64,000 nucleotides of DNA from Auritidibacter sp. Marseille-P8566 (GCA_945896925.1 CAMDEV010000001.1:450-64449), one strand, 5' to 3'; counted from the first letter of the stretch, positions 1 to 9,751 are shown. The notes: generated by a model from the letters alone, not told the origin. Program-made: numbers and translations.

Positions 1-1
1 A

Positions 2-1309
2 GGTTTGATCTTCGGAGTTGCAGTTGGAGTTATGGCTGTCATCTGGAAGTGGCTTGGCGCTCTGAATCTCGGCCAAGCTAAACCATTCATCATAAGTTTT
101 GCAATTGCTACCGTTTACACAGCTCGTGAATATGTGGCAGGTCAATTTCCATTCGGAGGATTGCCTTGGGCCAGGGGAGGGCTAAGCCAGGTCGATAACC
201 ACCTGGCCAAGTGGGTTTGGGCTATCGACATAGCAGGCCTTACATTCTTGATTGCATTTGTGAGCGCACTAATTGCTCTCAAGTTTTTGAATCCACTTCC
301 TCAAGGGTCAGGTATCTATCTAAGGAGCAGAAGCTGGGTTCCAACAATTGCTTCATTCATGGTGTTCTTTGTGGTTCCGTTTGCTCTGGTGTTAGACACC
401 TCTGCACAGGCAGGCACAATGAAGGTTGCAGCTGTGCAAGGAAATGCTAATGCTGGATTATTCGCTGTTAACCCACCTGGATCAATTCTTGATAAGCACA
501 TTGCTGTGTCTAGAGATTTGATTTCTGCTGGAAAAGCAAAAGGTATTGACCTAATGGTTTGGCCGGAAAACTCAGCTGACCTAGACCCGGTGACAATGGC
601 TGTCCCTCGACAAAAAATCACTCAATTTGTAAATGAGGAACTGAAAGCTCCGCTCCTTTTTGGTAATAAGACATTCAGAGGACTCGACTACTTCAACGAA
701 GTTGACTTGTGGTTACCTGAGCGTGGTTTGACTGATTGGTACGACAAAAAGCGCCCTGTTCCTTTTGGTGAATATGTCCCTAACCGTCCTTTCTTTATGT
801 CTTTAGCTCCAGACATGATCGGACTAATCGGTTGGGACATGAGTGCAGGAACCCGCGATGGAATATTCGACATCCCAGGTAAAGGCCAAGTTGGTTCACT
901 CATATGTTTCGAAGTCACGATTGATGACCTCAACTATGACTTAGTCAACAGTGGTGCTCAGGCAATCATGATTCAAACCAACAGCAGTGACTTCGGTAAG
1001 AGCGAGCAGGGTGTTCAGATGGCTGCAATTTCTAGAATGCGCGCTATCGAAACAGGTAGGACAGTTGTTTCTATTTCAACCGTTGGTGTCTCAGGTATTT
1101 ACCATCCGGATGGCAGCGTTGAACACGAGCTTCCTACCTTCACTCCAGCAGCGATGGTTTCAGATATTCCTTTGAGAACTGACATCACTCCAGCTGTTGC
1201 ATTTGGACGCTACGTTGAGCCGGCAACGTTCTGGCTAGCTACACTTTTATTCCCAATCGCTCTGGTTGGAAACTTTGTTGCAAGACGTAAGAGAAAGAAA
1301 CAGAGTTGA
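2..1309 (+). CDS. lnt: Apolipoprotein N-acyltransferase (5'-truncated by window edge)
   Basis: Nitrilase-fold motifs VQGN, WPEN, YDKKRPVPFGE, ICFE plus TM helices; frame open to window start; adjacent to ppm1. Confidence 0.93.
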   Translation, partial: GLIFGVAVGVMAVIWKWLGALNLGQAKPFIISFAIATVYTAREYVAGQFPFGGLPWARGGLSQVDNHLAKWVWAIDIAGLTFLIAFVSALIALKFLNPLPQGSGIYLRSRSWVPTIASFMVFFVVPFALVLDTSAQAGTMKVAAVQGNANAGLFAVNPPGSILDKHIAVSRDLISAGKAKGIDLMVWPENSADLDPVTMAVPRQKITQFVNEELKAPLLFGNKTFRGLDYFNEVDLWLPERGLTDWYDKKRPVPFGEYVPNRPFFMSLAPDMIGLIGWDMSAGTRDGIFDIPGKGQVGSLICFEVTIDDLNYDLVNSGAQAIMIQTNSSDFGKSEQGVQMAAISRMRAIETGRTVVSISTVGVSGIYHPDGSVEHELPTFTPAAMVSDIPLRTDITPAVAFGRYVEPATFWLATLLFPIALVGNFVARRKRKKQS

Positions 1310-2019
1310 AGACTTTAGTAATCACTCCGACTTACAACGAGTCAGGAAATATCAGGGGAGCGGTTAGTCGGTTGTTCAAAGAGAATCCAAATGTTGATTT
1401 GCTAATCGTGGATGATTCAAGCCCTGATGGCACTGGTGAAATTGCCAATGAACTTGCCAAAGCTGACAAGAGAATTAACGTTCTTCACCGCAAAGGTAAA
1501 GATGGCTTGGGTGCTGCATACATCGCTGGATTCAACTGGGCGTTCGCTAAGGACTATGACTTCATTGTTGAGATGGATGCGGACGGAAGCCATCGAGCTC
1601 AAGACCTGCCTCATCTTCTGGCAGCGGCAATTGAGAATGAATTAGTTATCGGTTCCAGATATGTTCGCGGTGGCAAAACTCAGAACTGGCCTCTACACAG
1701 GAAAATCCTGTCTAGAGGAGGGAACCTCTACGCAAGGTTTATGCTCGGCGGCAAACTAAATGACATGACTGCAGGCTTCAGAGTATTTAGAACAAGTTTT
1801 TTGAAGTCACTCGATCTAAGTTCGATAAATGCTCGCGGTTATTCGTTCCAGATCGAAATGGCATACAAAACTCTTCAGGCAGGAGTTAGAACTACCGAAG
1901 TCCCAATAACTTTTGTTGAGCGCGAAATCGGAGATTCAAAAATGAGCTCAGATATTGTTCGTGAAGCCCTAATCCTTATGACCAAACTAGGCTTCAGAAG
2001 ACTTACTCGCAGAGGTTAA
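1306..2019 (+). CDS. ppm1: Polyprenol monophosphomannose synthase (GT2)
   Basis: PTYNE, VDDSSPDGT, EMDADGSH motifs; TTGA overlap with lnt stop. Confidence 0.92.
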   Translation: MKTLVITPTYNESGNIRGAVSRLFKENPNVDLLIVDDSSPDGTGEIANELAKADKRINVLHRKGKDGLGAAYIAGFNWAFAKDYDFIVEMDADGSHRAQDLPHLLAAAIENELVIGSRYVRGGKTQNWPLHRKILSRGGNLYARFMLGGKLNDMTAGFRVFRTSFLKSLDLSSINARGYSFQIEMAYKTLQAGVRTTEVPITFVEREIGDSKMSSDIVREALILMTKLGFRRLTRRG

Positions 2020-2387
2020 CTGTTTGTAGCGTCTGCCTGACCTCTTGCACGACGAGCTTTAAGTTCTCCTAAGCGCTCAGTCAATAGCTCTTCAAGTTCT
2101 TCTCTAGATCTGCGGTCGAGCAGCATTTCAAAATGTGTTCTAGGTGTTTTAGGAACTTCAGTTTCAAAGGCCTGTTTACCATTTACATCTAGAAGCGCAC
2201 CTTCAAGAGAGCACTGCTTACATCCCCAGGCAACTGGAATTTCTGCATCTGCAGAAAAAATCATTTCGGTAATGTGATCGTTCGCGCAACGATAGGAACA
2301 GGTCTGTCTAGGGGAGAGGTTCTTGTTTGTGTCTTGCTCAAAGCTCTCTGAACCGAGTCTTGATCCTCGCATTGGCTGCTGTGACAT
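2016..2387 (-). CDS. rbpA: RNA polymerase-binding protein RbpA
   Basis: RGSRLG N-terminus, PRQ, C-x3-H...C-x2-C core, RTHFEMLLDRRSREELEELL sigma-interaction helix; conserved position after ppm1. Confidence 0.92.
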   Translation of the reverse strand: MSQQPMRGSRLGSESFEQDTNKNLSPRQTCSYRCANDHITEMIFSADAEIPVAWGCKQCSLEGALLDVNGKQAFETEVPKTPRTHFEMLLDRRSREELEELLTERLGELKARRARGQADATNS

Positions 2388-2466
2388 GTTTCGTTCCTAA
2401 CGTTAGGTGAGGCAAATTTTGATCTCATTAGATAGAAGCGAAAATGTTGTGAACTAATTCCCAGAC

Positions 2467-3225
2467 TCAGGCTTTTCTCAGGGTTTGAACTGCTAACTCT
2501 GGCACATCAGTGACAATTCCGTCGGCACCTAGTGAGGCGAGTTCGATAATTTCTTCAGGATCATTGATTGTCCAGTAGTGAATATGTGTTCCGGTCGCTT
2601 TCACCTTTCGAATAAACCTTGGGGTGTCGAGCCTTAGAAACTTGAAGTGTCTTGGAATCTGAAGTGCACCGATACCTTCAAGTGACTTTGCGAGTTTCTT
2701 AGTTGAAACACCAAAGAAGCAGAAAAGCCAAGTCTTTAGAACTCCAGAGGCACTCGCAGAAGTTGCAACTGGTCTACTGAAGAGTTTCAAGGCTTTCAGT
2801 CTTCGCTTGTTACTAAAACTTGAAACTAGAACTCGGTCATGTGCGTTAAGGCCTTCAACGACTTGAACCAGGTTGTTGATTGCTCTTTCTGCCTTTACAT
2901 CGATGTTGAATCTTGCTTTAGGGAAACGAGTTAGCGCTGCTTCCAACGAAGCAATCTGTGTCCCACCAGCTAATTCGAATTTTGATAGTTCTGCCCAGTC
3001 GAGTTCATCAACACGTATGTTTTTCCCAGTTAGGCGTTCGATTGTGTCGTCATGGAATAGGACAGCGACACCGTCCTTGGTTGCTTGAATGTCAGTTTCA
3101 ATTACGTCTGTTCCTACTTCAAGCGCTTTAGTTATTGCTTGGATGGTGTTTTCGGTAGGGTTGGTGCCACCTCGGTGCGCTAGGACAATCACCTTGTCTT
3201 TGATGAAGTATGGATGTTTCTGCAT
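2467..3225 (-). CDS. Glycerophosphodiester phosphodiesterase family protein
   Basis: AHRGG, ENT, ETDI, HD, WTIND, GADGIVTD motifs. Confidence 0.9.
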   Translation of the reverse strand: MQKHPYFIKDKVIVLAHRGGTNPTENTIQAITKALEVGTDVIETDIQATKDGVAVLFHDDTIERLTGKNIRVDELDWAELSKFELAGGTQIASLEAALTRFPKARFNIDVKAERAINNLVQVVEGLNAHDRVLVSSFSNKRRLKALKLFSRPVATSASASGVLKTWLFCFFGVSTKKLAKSLEGIGALQIPRHFKFLRLDTPRFIRKVKATGTHIHYWTINDPEEIIELASLGADGIVTDVPELAVQTLRKA

Positions 3226-3272
3226 AAGGGTCCTGGCTTGGTCAAATTAGGCGAGGGGATAGGCTAGTGCTC

Positions 3273-3896
3273 GTGCCCTCCAGACTGACTATAGCCACAG
3301 GAAAAGCTTTATTCCGGCTTATCTTTGGGCTATATCTAGTTGGTCTTGGTTTAGCGATCATGATTCACACCGGGTTGGGAGTTCCGCCTTGGGATGTATT
3401 AACTCAAGGAATACAGAACCAAACTGGGTGGAGTTTTGCTCTAGCAGCCTCTTGCATCAGTGTTGTGGTTTTGCTGTTCTGGATACCAATTCGACAGAGA
3501 CCTGGTGTTGGAACCATAGTCAACGCCTTTGCGATCGGGCCGTTCGCAGATCTCAATAAACCTCTGGTCCCTGAGATGCCAGATTTCGGGTCCCAGCTCG
3601 TCTGGCTGATCATTGGTTTACTGATTTGCTCTGTTGGCTTGGGCTTGTATATTTCAGCGAATCTAGGGGGAGGACCCCGAGATGGGCTTGTGGTAGGTCT
3701 CACTAGGGTCTCTGGTTGGCCATTCTGGGTGATGAGAACTCTCATCGAGGGTTTAGTTCTAGTTACTGGCTGGCTTCTGGGCGGTACTGTTGGGCTAGGA
3801 ACACTGCTTTTTGCTGTGGGAATCGGCTATTTACTGCAAATATCTATGAAAATCTTTGGATTTGACCCGAAAAAACCACAAAAGACTGGGGAATAG
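3273..3896 (+). CDS. YczE/YitT-like membrane protein
   Basis: LGVPPWDVL, GGGPRDGL, GGTVGLGT motifs with several TM segments; GTG at 3273 preferred over 3267 because it lies 7 nt after a TAGGCT -10. Confidence 0.85.
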   Translation: MPSRLTIATGKALFRLIFGLYLVGLGLAIMIHTGLGVPPWDVLTQGIQNQTGWSFALAASCISVVVLLFWIPIRQRPGVGTIVNAFAIGPFADLNKPLVPEMPDFGSQLVWLIIGLLICSVGLGLYISANLGGGPRDGLVVGLTRVSGWPFWVMRTLIEGLVLVTGWLLGGTVGLGTLLFAVGIGYLLQISMKIFGFDPKKPQKTGE

Positions 3897-3903
3897 GCAG
3901 TAA

Positions 3904-4371
3904 ATGGAGAGAATTCACGTAAAACATCGATCAACGGCAAGAGTTTTACTGATAAACCCAGCAAACGAGGTCCTAATGTTCAAAACGCACTTCGACCCTG
4001 AGGTTGAATTACCGCCGAGATGGCTCACCCCTGGTGGAGGCATCGATGCAGGTGAAACAGAACTACAGGCAGCCGTCAGAGAGCTCTCCGAGGAAACTGG
4101 AATGGCTATAGACCCTGAGGCTCTTGGAGAACCTATTCTGGTGGCATCTGGCGTCTGGCTCTGGGGTGATGGAATTCATAGCCATACCTACACAGATACG
4201 ATTTACAAACTTCAGATTGAAACATTCAATCCAGATACCTCAGGTTTCACTCAAGATGAACTCAGGGATGTTCTGGAAGTCCGTTGGTGGAGGATTTCAG
4301 ATCTTCTAAACTCCGGAGAGCTCGTAGCACCACATGAGCTACCTAGTTGGCTTGAGGCTAACCTCCAGTAA
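3904..4371 (+). CDS. NUDIX hydrolase
   Basis: Nudix box GGGIDAGETELQAAVRELSEETG. Confidence 0.9.
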   Translation: MERIHVKHRSTARVLLINPANEVLMFKTHFDPEVELPPRWLTPGGGIDAGETELQAAVRELSEETGMAIDPEALGEPILVASGVWLWGDGIHSHTYTDTIYKLQIETFNPDTSGFTQDELRDVLEVRWWRISDLLNSGELVAPHELPSWLEANLQ

Positions 4372-4376
4372 TAGGA

Positions 4377-4404
4377 TGTGCCGATAATGAACATTATGTC
4401 AAGT
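4377..4404 (+). other. dif: dif site (XerCD chromosome dimer resolution site)
   Basis: TGTGCCGATAA-TGAACA-TTATGTCAAGT, the 11+6+11 layout; compare E. coli dif GGTGCGCATAA-TGTATA-TTATGTTAAAT; gene orientation converges on this point. Confidence 0.9.
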
Positions 4405-4427
4405 AATGTTTTATTGGCTCTGAGAGC

Positions 4428-5501
4428 CTATTCCCCTAATTCCTGGCTTACACTCACCCACTGGTTCAGTTTCGCCAAGGCGGCACCGTTTGCAATTGCT
4501 GATCTAGTTTTGGTTAGAGCTTTAGCCAACTCTTCATGCAGGTTAAAACCATTTGGGTTCTTGTAAAGTTCATAGGCTGCGATTCCAGCGGCAGCATTTA
4601 GTGCCACGATGTCTTGAATAGCCTGTTGCTCCCCCGTCAATTTGGTTTCTGGATCTAGAACAACCCTTGCTACCTGAGCGTTCTCAATGGCGTCTCCACC
4701 GATCAACTGGGTCACAGTTGCTAACTGAATCCCCAAATCCTCTGGATTTAGCTCGGTTTCAGTGATTTTTGACCCCGAAACTACCCATATTTTGCTCGTT
4801 CCGGTGGTTGTAAGTTCATCCAATCCGTCGGAACCCCTAAAAACTAGTGCAGTTCGGCCTCTGTTGGCCATTTCAGCCGCTAATAGCGGTGCAACTGAAG
4901 AATTTGCCACTCCGAGTGCTGTGGCCACTGGCTGGACTGGATTGGCTAATGGGCCTAGGTAGTTGAAAGTTGTTGGAATACCCAATTCTTTTCTGATTGG
5001 GCCTACATTTTTGAGCGCTGGATGGAAAAGCGGAGCGAAGAAGAACGAAATCCCCGTCTTCTCGAATACCTGACCTAATTGATCTGGGCTGAGGTTGAGA
5101 TTGATGCCTAAAGCTTCCAGCATCTCAGAGGATCCAGTCTTACCAGAGGCAGATCTAGATCCGTGCTTAAGTACTGGGTATCCAGCGGCTGCAGTCAGGA
5201 TTGCGGCCATGCTTGAAATGTTTACCGTTCCAAGCTGATCTCCCCCGGTGCCAACGATGTCTATTGCATCGTTGGACAAAGGAGGTTTTACTGAATGCTC
5301 TAGTAAAACATCAACGAAGGCACTCAACTCCGTGACGCTTTCCCCCTTTTCACGAATAGCTAGAAGGAAGCCGCCAACCTGTGCAGGAGTTGCTTCTGCT
5401 GAAATAATCTGACGAATTGCCCAGTCTGCTTGCGCATGAGTTAGATCCTCGGCAGCAACGAGCTTGCCTAAAATGGACTTCCAACTCAGTTCGTCATTCA
5501 T
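4428..5501 (-). CDS. trpD: Anthranilate phosphoribosyltransferase
   Basis: DIVGTGGD, NISS, KHG(S)R, LGPLANP, DGLDEL motifs; divergent from ctaE as in many Actinobacteria. Confidence 0.93.
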   Translation of the reverse strand: MNDELSWKSILGKLVAAEDLTHAQADWAIRQIISAEATPAQVGGFLLAIREKGESVTELSAFVDVLLEHSVKPPLSNDAIDIVGTGGDQLGTVNISSMAAILTAAAGYPVLKHGSRSASGKTGSSEMLEALGINLNLSPDQLGQVFEKTGISFFFAPLFHPALKNVGPIRKELGIPTTFNYLGPLANPVQPVATALGVANSSVAPLLAAEMANRGRTALVFRGSDGLDELTTTGTSKIWVVSGSKITETELNPEDLGIQLATVTQLIGGDAIENAQVARVVLDPETKLTGEQQAIQDIVALNAAAGIAAYELYKNPNGFNLHEELAKALTKTRSAIANGAALAKLNQWVSVSQELGE

Positions 5502-5604
5502 TGCTTCAGTTTAGCCTTCTAGCTCTTTGAAAAATGTGAATTTAAACAGCACAACATCGGGCATTCTCAGCGTTTATAACGATTTGGGAATGTAGAATTA
5601 GAGC

Positions 5605-6222
5605 ATGACAACTGCTCCCCTAGCTCACGGTCAAATCCACCGCCCGAGTGCCACTTCAGTGGGCACAATCGTCTGGCTTGGTAGCGAAGTTATGTTCTTC
5701 GCAGCTCTTTTTGCCATGTATTTCAGCCTTAGAGCCAATTCACCTGAGATTTGGGAAGCTGACACACAGGTCTTGAACGTCCCTTTTGCTCTTATCAATA
5801 CCTTGATTCTCGTGGCTTCATCCTTCACAGCCCAGTTCGGCGTCTTTGCGGCTGAAAGAATGCAGCCTCGCGCTACTGGAAAGTCGCCTATGAAATGGGG
5901 AATGGTTGAGTGGTTCATTCTCAGCTACATCCTGGGAGCCGTCTTCGTTTCAGGTCAGGTTTGGGAGTATGCGACCCTGATTAGCGAAGGTATTTCGCTG
6001 GATAGCAACTCCTACGGTTCTTCTTTCTACATAACTACTGGTTTCCACGCTCTGCACGTGACCGGTGGTCTGATCGCGTTCCTGTTCGTTATTGGAAGAA
6101 GTTTTGCTGCGATTAAGTTCGGGCACAAGGAAGCAACAGCAGCAATCGTGGTCTCTTACTACTGGCACTTCGTGGACGTAGTTTGGATCGGTCTTTTCCT
6201 AATTATTTATGTATTGAAATAA
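5605..6222 (+). CDS. ctaE: Cytochrome c oxidase subunit III
   Basis: [27 protein letters not shown]. Confidence 0.95.
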   Translation: MTTAPLAHGQIHRPSATSVGTIVWLGSEVMFFAALFAMYFSLRANSPEIWEADTQVLNVPFALINTLILVASSFTAQFGVFAAERMQPRATGKSPMKWGMVEWFILSYILGAVFVSGQVWEYATLISEGISLDSNSYGSSFYITTGFHALHVTGGLIAFLFVIGRSFAAIKFGHKEATAAIVVSYYWHFVDVVWIGLFLIIYVLK

Positions 6223-6243
6223 CCAGAAGGCATATTTACCCAG

Positions 6244-7035
6244 ATGATCAAAAAGAAGATAAACGGTATGCGCCGAAGCCCGATGGCTTTGGGAATCGTC
6301 TTATTTGCTGGCCTGCTAGCAGTTGGAACCGGATACACAGCTGTTAACGCAGCGGTCTCCCCTAAGGTTCAGGCAGTTCACACCGCTGAGGAAATTGCTT
6401 TAGGTAAAAAGCTGTTCCTCTCAAACTGTTCTTCATGTCACGGAAAGAATTCAGAAGGAACTGCAAATGGGCCAAGCCTTATTGGTGTCGGTGAAGCTTC
6501 TGTAGATTTCCAAGTTTCAACAGGTCGTATGCCAGGTGCTGCGAGTGGACCTCAGTTAGAAGTCAAGCCTGTGCAGTTCAATGAAGAGCAAATAGCTGCA
6601 ATGGCTGCATACATTGGCTCTCTTGCAGATGGTCCAGGAATTCCTGATGAGGCCTACCTTCAGGCAAATGGTAACCCAACAGTCGGTGGAGAACTTTTCA
6701 GAATTAACTGTGCCATGTGTCATAACGCAGGTGGTGCAGGTGGAGCTCTCACCGAAGGTAAGTATGCTCCGAACCTAATGAAGTCTTCGGCTAAAACTAT
6801 TTACGAAGCAATGGTTACAGGCCCACAGAACATGCCTGTATTCAACGAAGCAAACATCACCCCTGAAGAAAAGAACGACATCATCACCTACCTGACTTAC
6901 TTGCAGAACAACAGATCAGTTGGTGGTGAAGAGCTAGGCAACCTAGGTCCCGTAGTTGAAGGACTTCTGGCTTGGTTGGGTCTACTCGGATTAATTGTTG
7001 CCATCACAGTATGGCTTGGCGCTAAGTCAAACTAG
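6244..7035 (+). CDS. qcrC: Cytochrome bcc diheme cytochrome c subunit
   Basis: Two CxxCH motifs (CSSCH, CAMCH) and a C-terminal TM helix. Confidence 0.95.
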   Translation: MIKKKINGMRRSPMALGIVLFAGLLAVGTGYTAVNAAVSPKVQAVHTAEEIALGKKLFLSNCSSCHGKNSEGTANGPSLIGVGEASVDFQVSTGRMPGAASGPQLEVKPVQFNEEQIAAMAAYIGSLADGPGIPDEAYLQANGNPTVGGELFRINCAMCHNAGGAGGALTEGKYAPNLMKSSAKTIYEAMVTGPQNMPVFNEANITPEEKNDIITYLTYLQNNRSVGGEELGNLGPVVEGLLAWLGLLGLIVAITVWLGAKSN

Positions 7036-7049
7036 TCAGAAAGATTAAA

Positions 7050-8111
7050 GTGAGCGAAGATTCAAAAGACTTGGTAAAACAGGTTGACAGTCGTTACTCA
7101 GAGCACGAATACGAAACTGGTCTAAGAGTTATCCACGAGGATGCAGTTAAGGATCCAGGCTTGGAGCCACACCGTGTGCGTATGACTGATCAGAGTGTGA
7201 AGCATGAGAAGAACGCTGTTCGTCAAGTAACACTTCTCTTCGTTATCTCAATGCTCGGAAGCGCTTTTGCTCTCTACTCTTACTTCGCCTTCCCTATCGT
7301 TGTCGGAGACATGAACAGTGTTCGTTTAAATACTTTGTTCCTTGGCCTAGGAATTACCTTTGGTTTATTCGGTATTGGTGTTGGTGCCGTCCACTGGGCA
7401 AAGACACTTATGCCAGACAACGAAGTTTCAGAAGAACGTCACCTAACTCGTGGCTCCGATGAGAAGCGCGCTGCTGCGATTGAAATCATCAACCTTGCAA
7501 ATCAAGAGTCTGGTTTCAGCAGAAGAAAGTTAATCAGAAGAACTCTCTACGGAGCGCTTGCTCTTTTCCCTCTTCCAGGTCTAATCATCTTCGGTGATTT
7601 GGGTCCTAACGTTAATGACAAACTTCGCCACACTGCTTGGAAGCCTGGAACTAGATTGGCTAGAGACCCTAACGGCCGTCCAATCAAGGCTTCTGATGTC
7701 ACTATCGGATCTGTTTATCACGTAGTTCCAGAAGGTCTTATGCCTGGCGAACACGGTTACCTAGAAGAAAAAGCTAAGGCTGCAGTTCTTCTGGTTCGAG
7801 TTGATCCAAGTGAACTTATTGAAACTGAAGAACGCGCTAGCTGGTCCTACCAAGGTATCGTCGCTTACTCAAAGATTTGTACACATGTTGGTTGTCCAGT
7901 AGCTCTTTACGAGCAGCACACTCACCACCTACTCTGCCCATGCCACCAGTCAACATTCGATCTTGTAGATGGTTGCAAGGTTGTCTTTGGTCCTGCGACT
8001 AGAGCTCTTCCTCAACTTCCAATAACCGTCGATGATGAAGGATACCTAATTGCTCAAAGCGATTTCCACGAACCTGTTGGACCGTCATTCTGGGATAGGA
8101 GTGTCAAGTAA
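7050..8111 (+). CDS. qcrA: Cytochrome bcc Rieske Fe-S subunit
   Basis: CTHVGC and CPCHQS Rieske motifs; TM helices and internal SRRKL twin-arginine-like motif. Confidence 0.95.
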   Translation: MSEDSKDLVKQVDSRYSEHEYETGLRVIHEDAVKDPGLEPHRVRMTDQSVKHEKNAVRQVTLLFVISMLGSAFALYSYFAFPIVVGDMNSVRLNTLFLGLGITFGLFGIGVGAVHWAKTLMPDNEVSEERHLTRGSDEKRAAAIEIINLANQESGFSRRKLIRRTLYGALALFPLPGLIIFGDLGPNVNDKLRHTAWKPGTRLARDPNGRPIKASDVTIGSVYHVVPEGLMPGEHGYLEEKAKAAVLLVRVDPSELIETEERASWSYQGIVAYSKICTHVGCPVALYEQHTHHLLCPCHQSTFDLVDGCKVVFGPATRALPQLPITVDDEGYLIAQSDFHEPVGPSFWDRSVK

Positions 8112-9751
8112 TGAGTAGCACTGCTGCCCCAAAGAAAAATGGTTTCCTAGCTGGCACAGCCAACTACATGGACGAGCGTGTCGGCGTGGGAGGCATCCTA
8201 AAAGAGTTCGGTCGCAAGATCTTCCCAGACCACTGGTCATTCATGCTCGGTGAAGTTGCACTGTATTCATTCCTAGTACTTCTTCTCTCAGGAACATTCC
8301 TAACTTTCTTCTTCGACCCTTCAATGGCGGAAACAATCTATGAAGGTTCTTACGCACCCCTAAAGGGTGCGCACATGTCTGTCGCATACTCTTCAAGCCT
8401 CGACATCAGCTTTGAAGTTCGCGGTGGACTTTTGATGCGTCAAGTTCACCACTGGTCAGCTTTGCTATTTGTTGCAGCTGCTGGTCTTCACATGCTTAGA
8501 GTTTTCTTCACCGGTGCTTTCCGTAAGCCACGTGAATTGAACTGGGTTGTCGGTTTCGTTCTTTTCGTTCTTGGTATGGCAGCTGGTTTCACCGGTTACT
8601 CACTCCCAGATGATCTTCTTTCAGGTAACGGTCTGAGAATTATTGACGGAATGATGAAGGGTGTTCCATTCGTTGGAACCTCAATCTCAGCAGGTTTGTT
8701 CGGCGGAGAGTTTCCTGGAACCGCAATCGTAGGAAGACTGTACAGCTTGCACATCATGCTTGTGCCAGCTTTGATTCTTGTCTTCTTAGCTCTGCACTTG
8801 TTCATGCTCGTGATTCACAAACACACTCACTACTCAGGTCCTGGTAAGAAAGACACCAACGTTGTTGGTTACCCTCTAATGCCTGTTTACGTAGCCAAGG
8901 CTGGTGGATTCTTCTTCATCGTTTTCGGCGCAATCATGTTGATCGCAACATTCTTTACAATCAACCCAATTTGGAACTATGGTGGCTATGACCCATCCCC
9001 TGTTTCAGCTGGTACCCAGCCTGACTGGTATATCGGCTGGTTGGATGGCGCGCTGCGTCTAGCTCCAACAGGTATTGAGTTCATGATTGGTGACTACACA
9101 GTCTCAACAAACATTCTTTTACCGTTGGTTGTCAGCTTGGTATTCCTTGCAATCGTTGCAGTCTACCCATTCATTGAAAACTGGGTCACCGGGGACAAGA
9201 GAGAGCACCACGTTCTTGACCGCCCTCGCAACGCTCCAACTAGAACAGCTATCGGTGCTGCTGGAGTAACGTTCTACGCTGTTCTTTGGGCTGGTGCAAG
9301 CACAGACTTGATTGCCACTAACTTCAAGATGTCCCTGAACCAAGTTCTAGTCTCCATGCAGATTGCGCTCATTGTCCTTCCATTCGTTGCATTCTTCGTA
9401 ACCAAGCGCATGTGTCTAGCACTTCAGCGCAAGGATCGCGAGATTGCAATTCACGGTAGAGAATCTGGACGTATCGTTCGTCTACCGCACGGTGAATACA
9501 TTGAGGTTCACGAGCCACTAGAACCTCACGACCTATACAAGCTGGTTGACTTCAAGGATTACAAGCCAACCCTTGCTAGACCAAACGCTCAGGGAAAGAT
9601 CACCTTCTCAAGCAGAATCCGTGCATCCCTATCGAAGTTCTACTTCGAAGACCGCATCTCCCCTGCTACTCAGACCGAGATTGATGAAGCAGCTCATCAC
9701 AATCATGAGATTGAAGCAGAAGTAAAGAAAGCTATTGAGCAGGCTAAATAG
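8111..9751 (+). CDS. qcrB: Cytochrome bcc cytochrome b subunit
   Basis: FPDHWSF, RQVHHW, QPDWY motifs; long actinobacterial C-terminal extension. Confidence 0.96.
   Translation: MSSTAAPKKNGFLAGTANYMDERVGVGGILKEFGRKIFPDHWSFMLGEVALYSFLVLLLSGTFLTFFFDPSMAETIYEGSYAPLKGAHMSVAYSSSLDISFEVRGGLLMRQVHHWSALLFVAAAGLHMLRVFFTGAFRKPRELNWVVGFVLFVLGMAAGFTGYSLPDDLLSGNGLRIIDGMMKGVPFVGTSISAGLFGGEFPGTAIVGRLYSLHIMLVPALILVFLALHLFMLVIHKHTHYSGPGKKDTNVVGYPLMPVYVAKAGGFFFIVFGAIMLIATFFTINPIWNYGGYDPSPVSAGTQPDWYIGWLDGALRLAPTGIEFMIGDYTVSTNILLPLVVSLVFLAIVAVYPFIENWVTGDKREHHVLDRPRNAPTRTAIGAAGVTFYAVLWAGASTDLIATNFKMSLNQVLVSMQIALIVLPFVAFFVTKRMCLALQRKDREIAIHGRESGRIVRLPHGEYIEVHEPLEPHDLYKLVDFKDYKPTLARPNAQGKITFSSRIRASLSKFYFEDRISPATQTEIDEAAHHNHEIEAEVKKAIEQAK

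Noticed and set aside
3217-3247. Possible second degenerate dif (TTTCTGCATAA ... CTTGGTCAAAT) that would make yczE-NUDIX a Xer cassette
   Set aside because: Spacer is 9 bp instead of 6, the XerD arm lacks TTATG, and the left arm is the GDPD start codon region
4378-4566. 62-aa ORF starting inside dif
   Set aside because: Overlaps dif and the trpD 3' end antisense; no coding evidence
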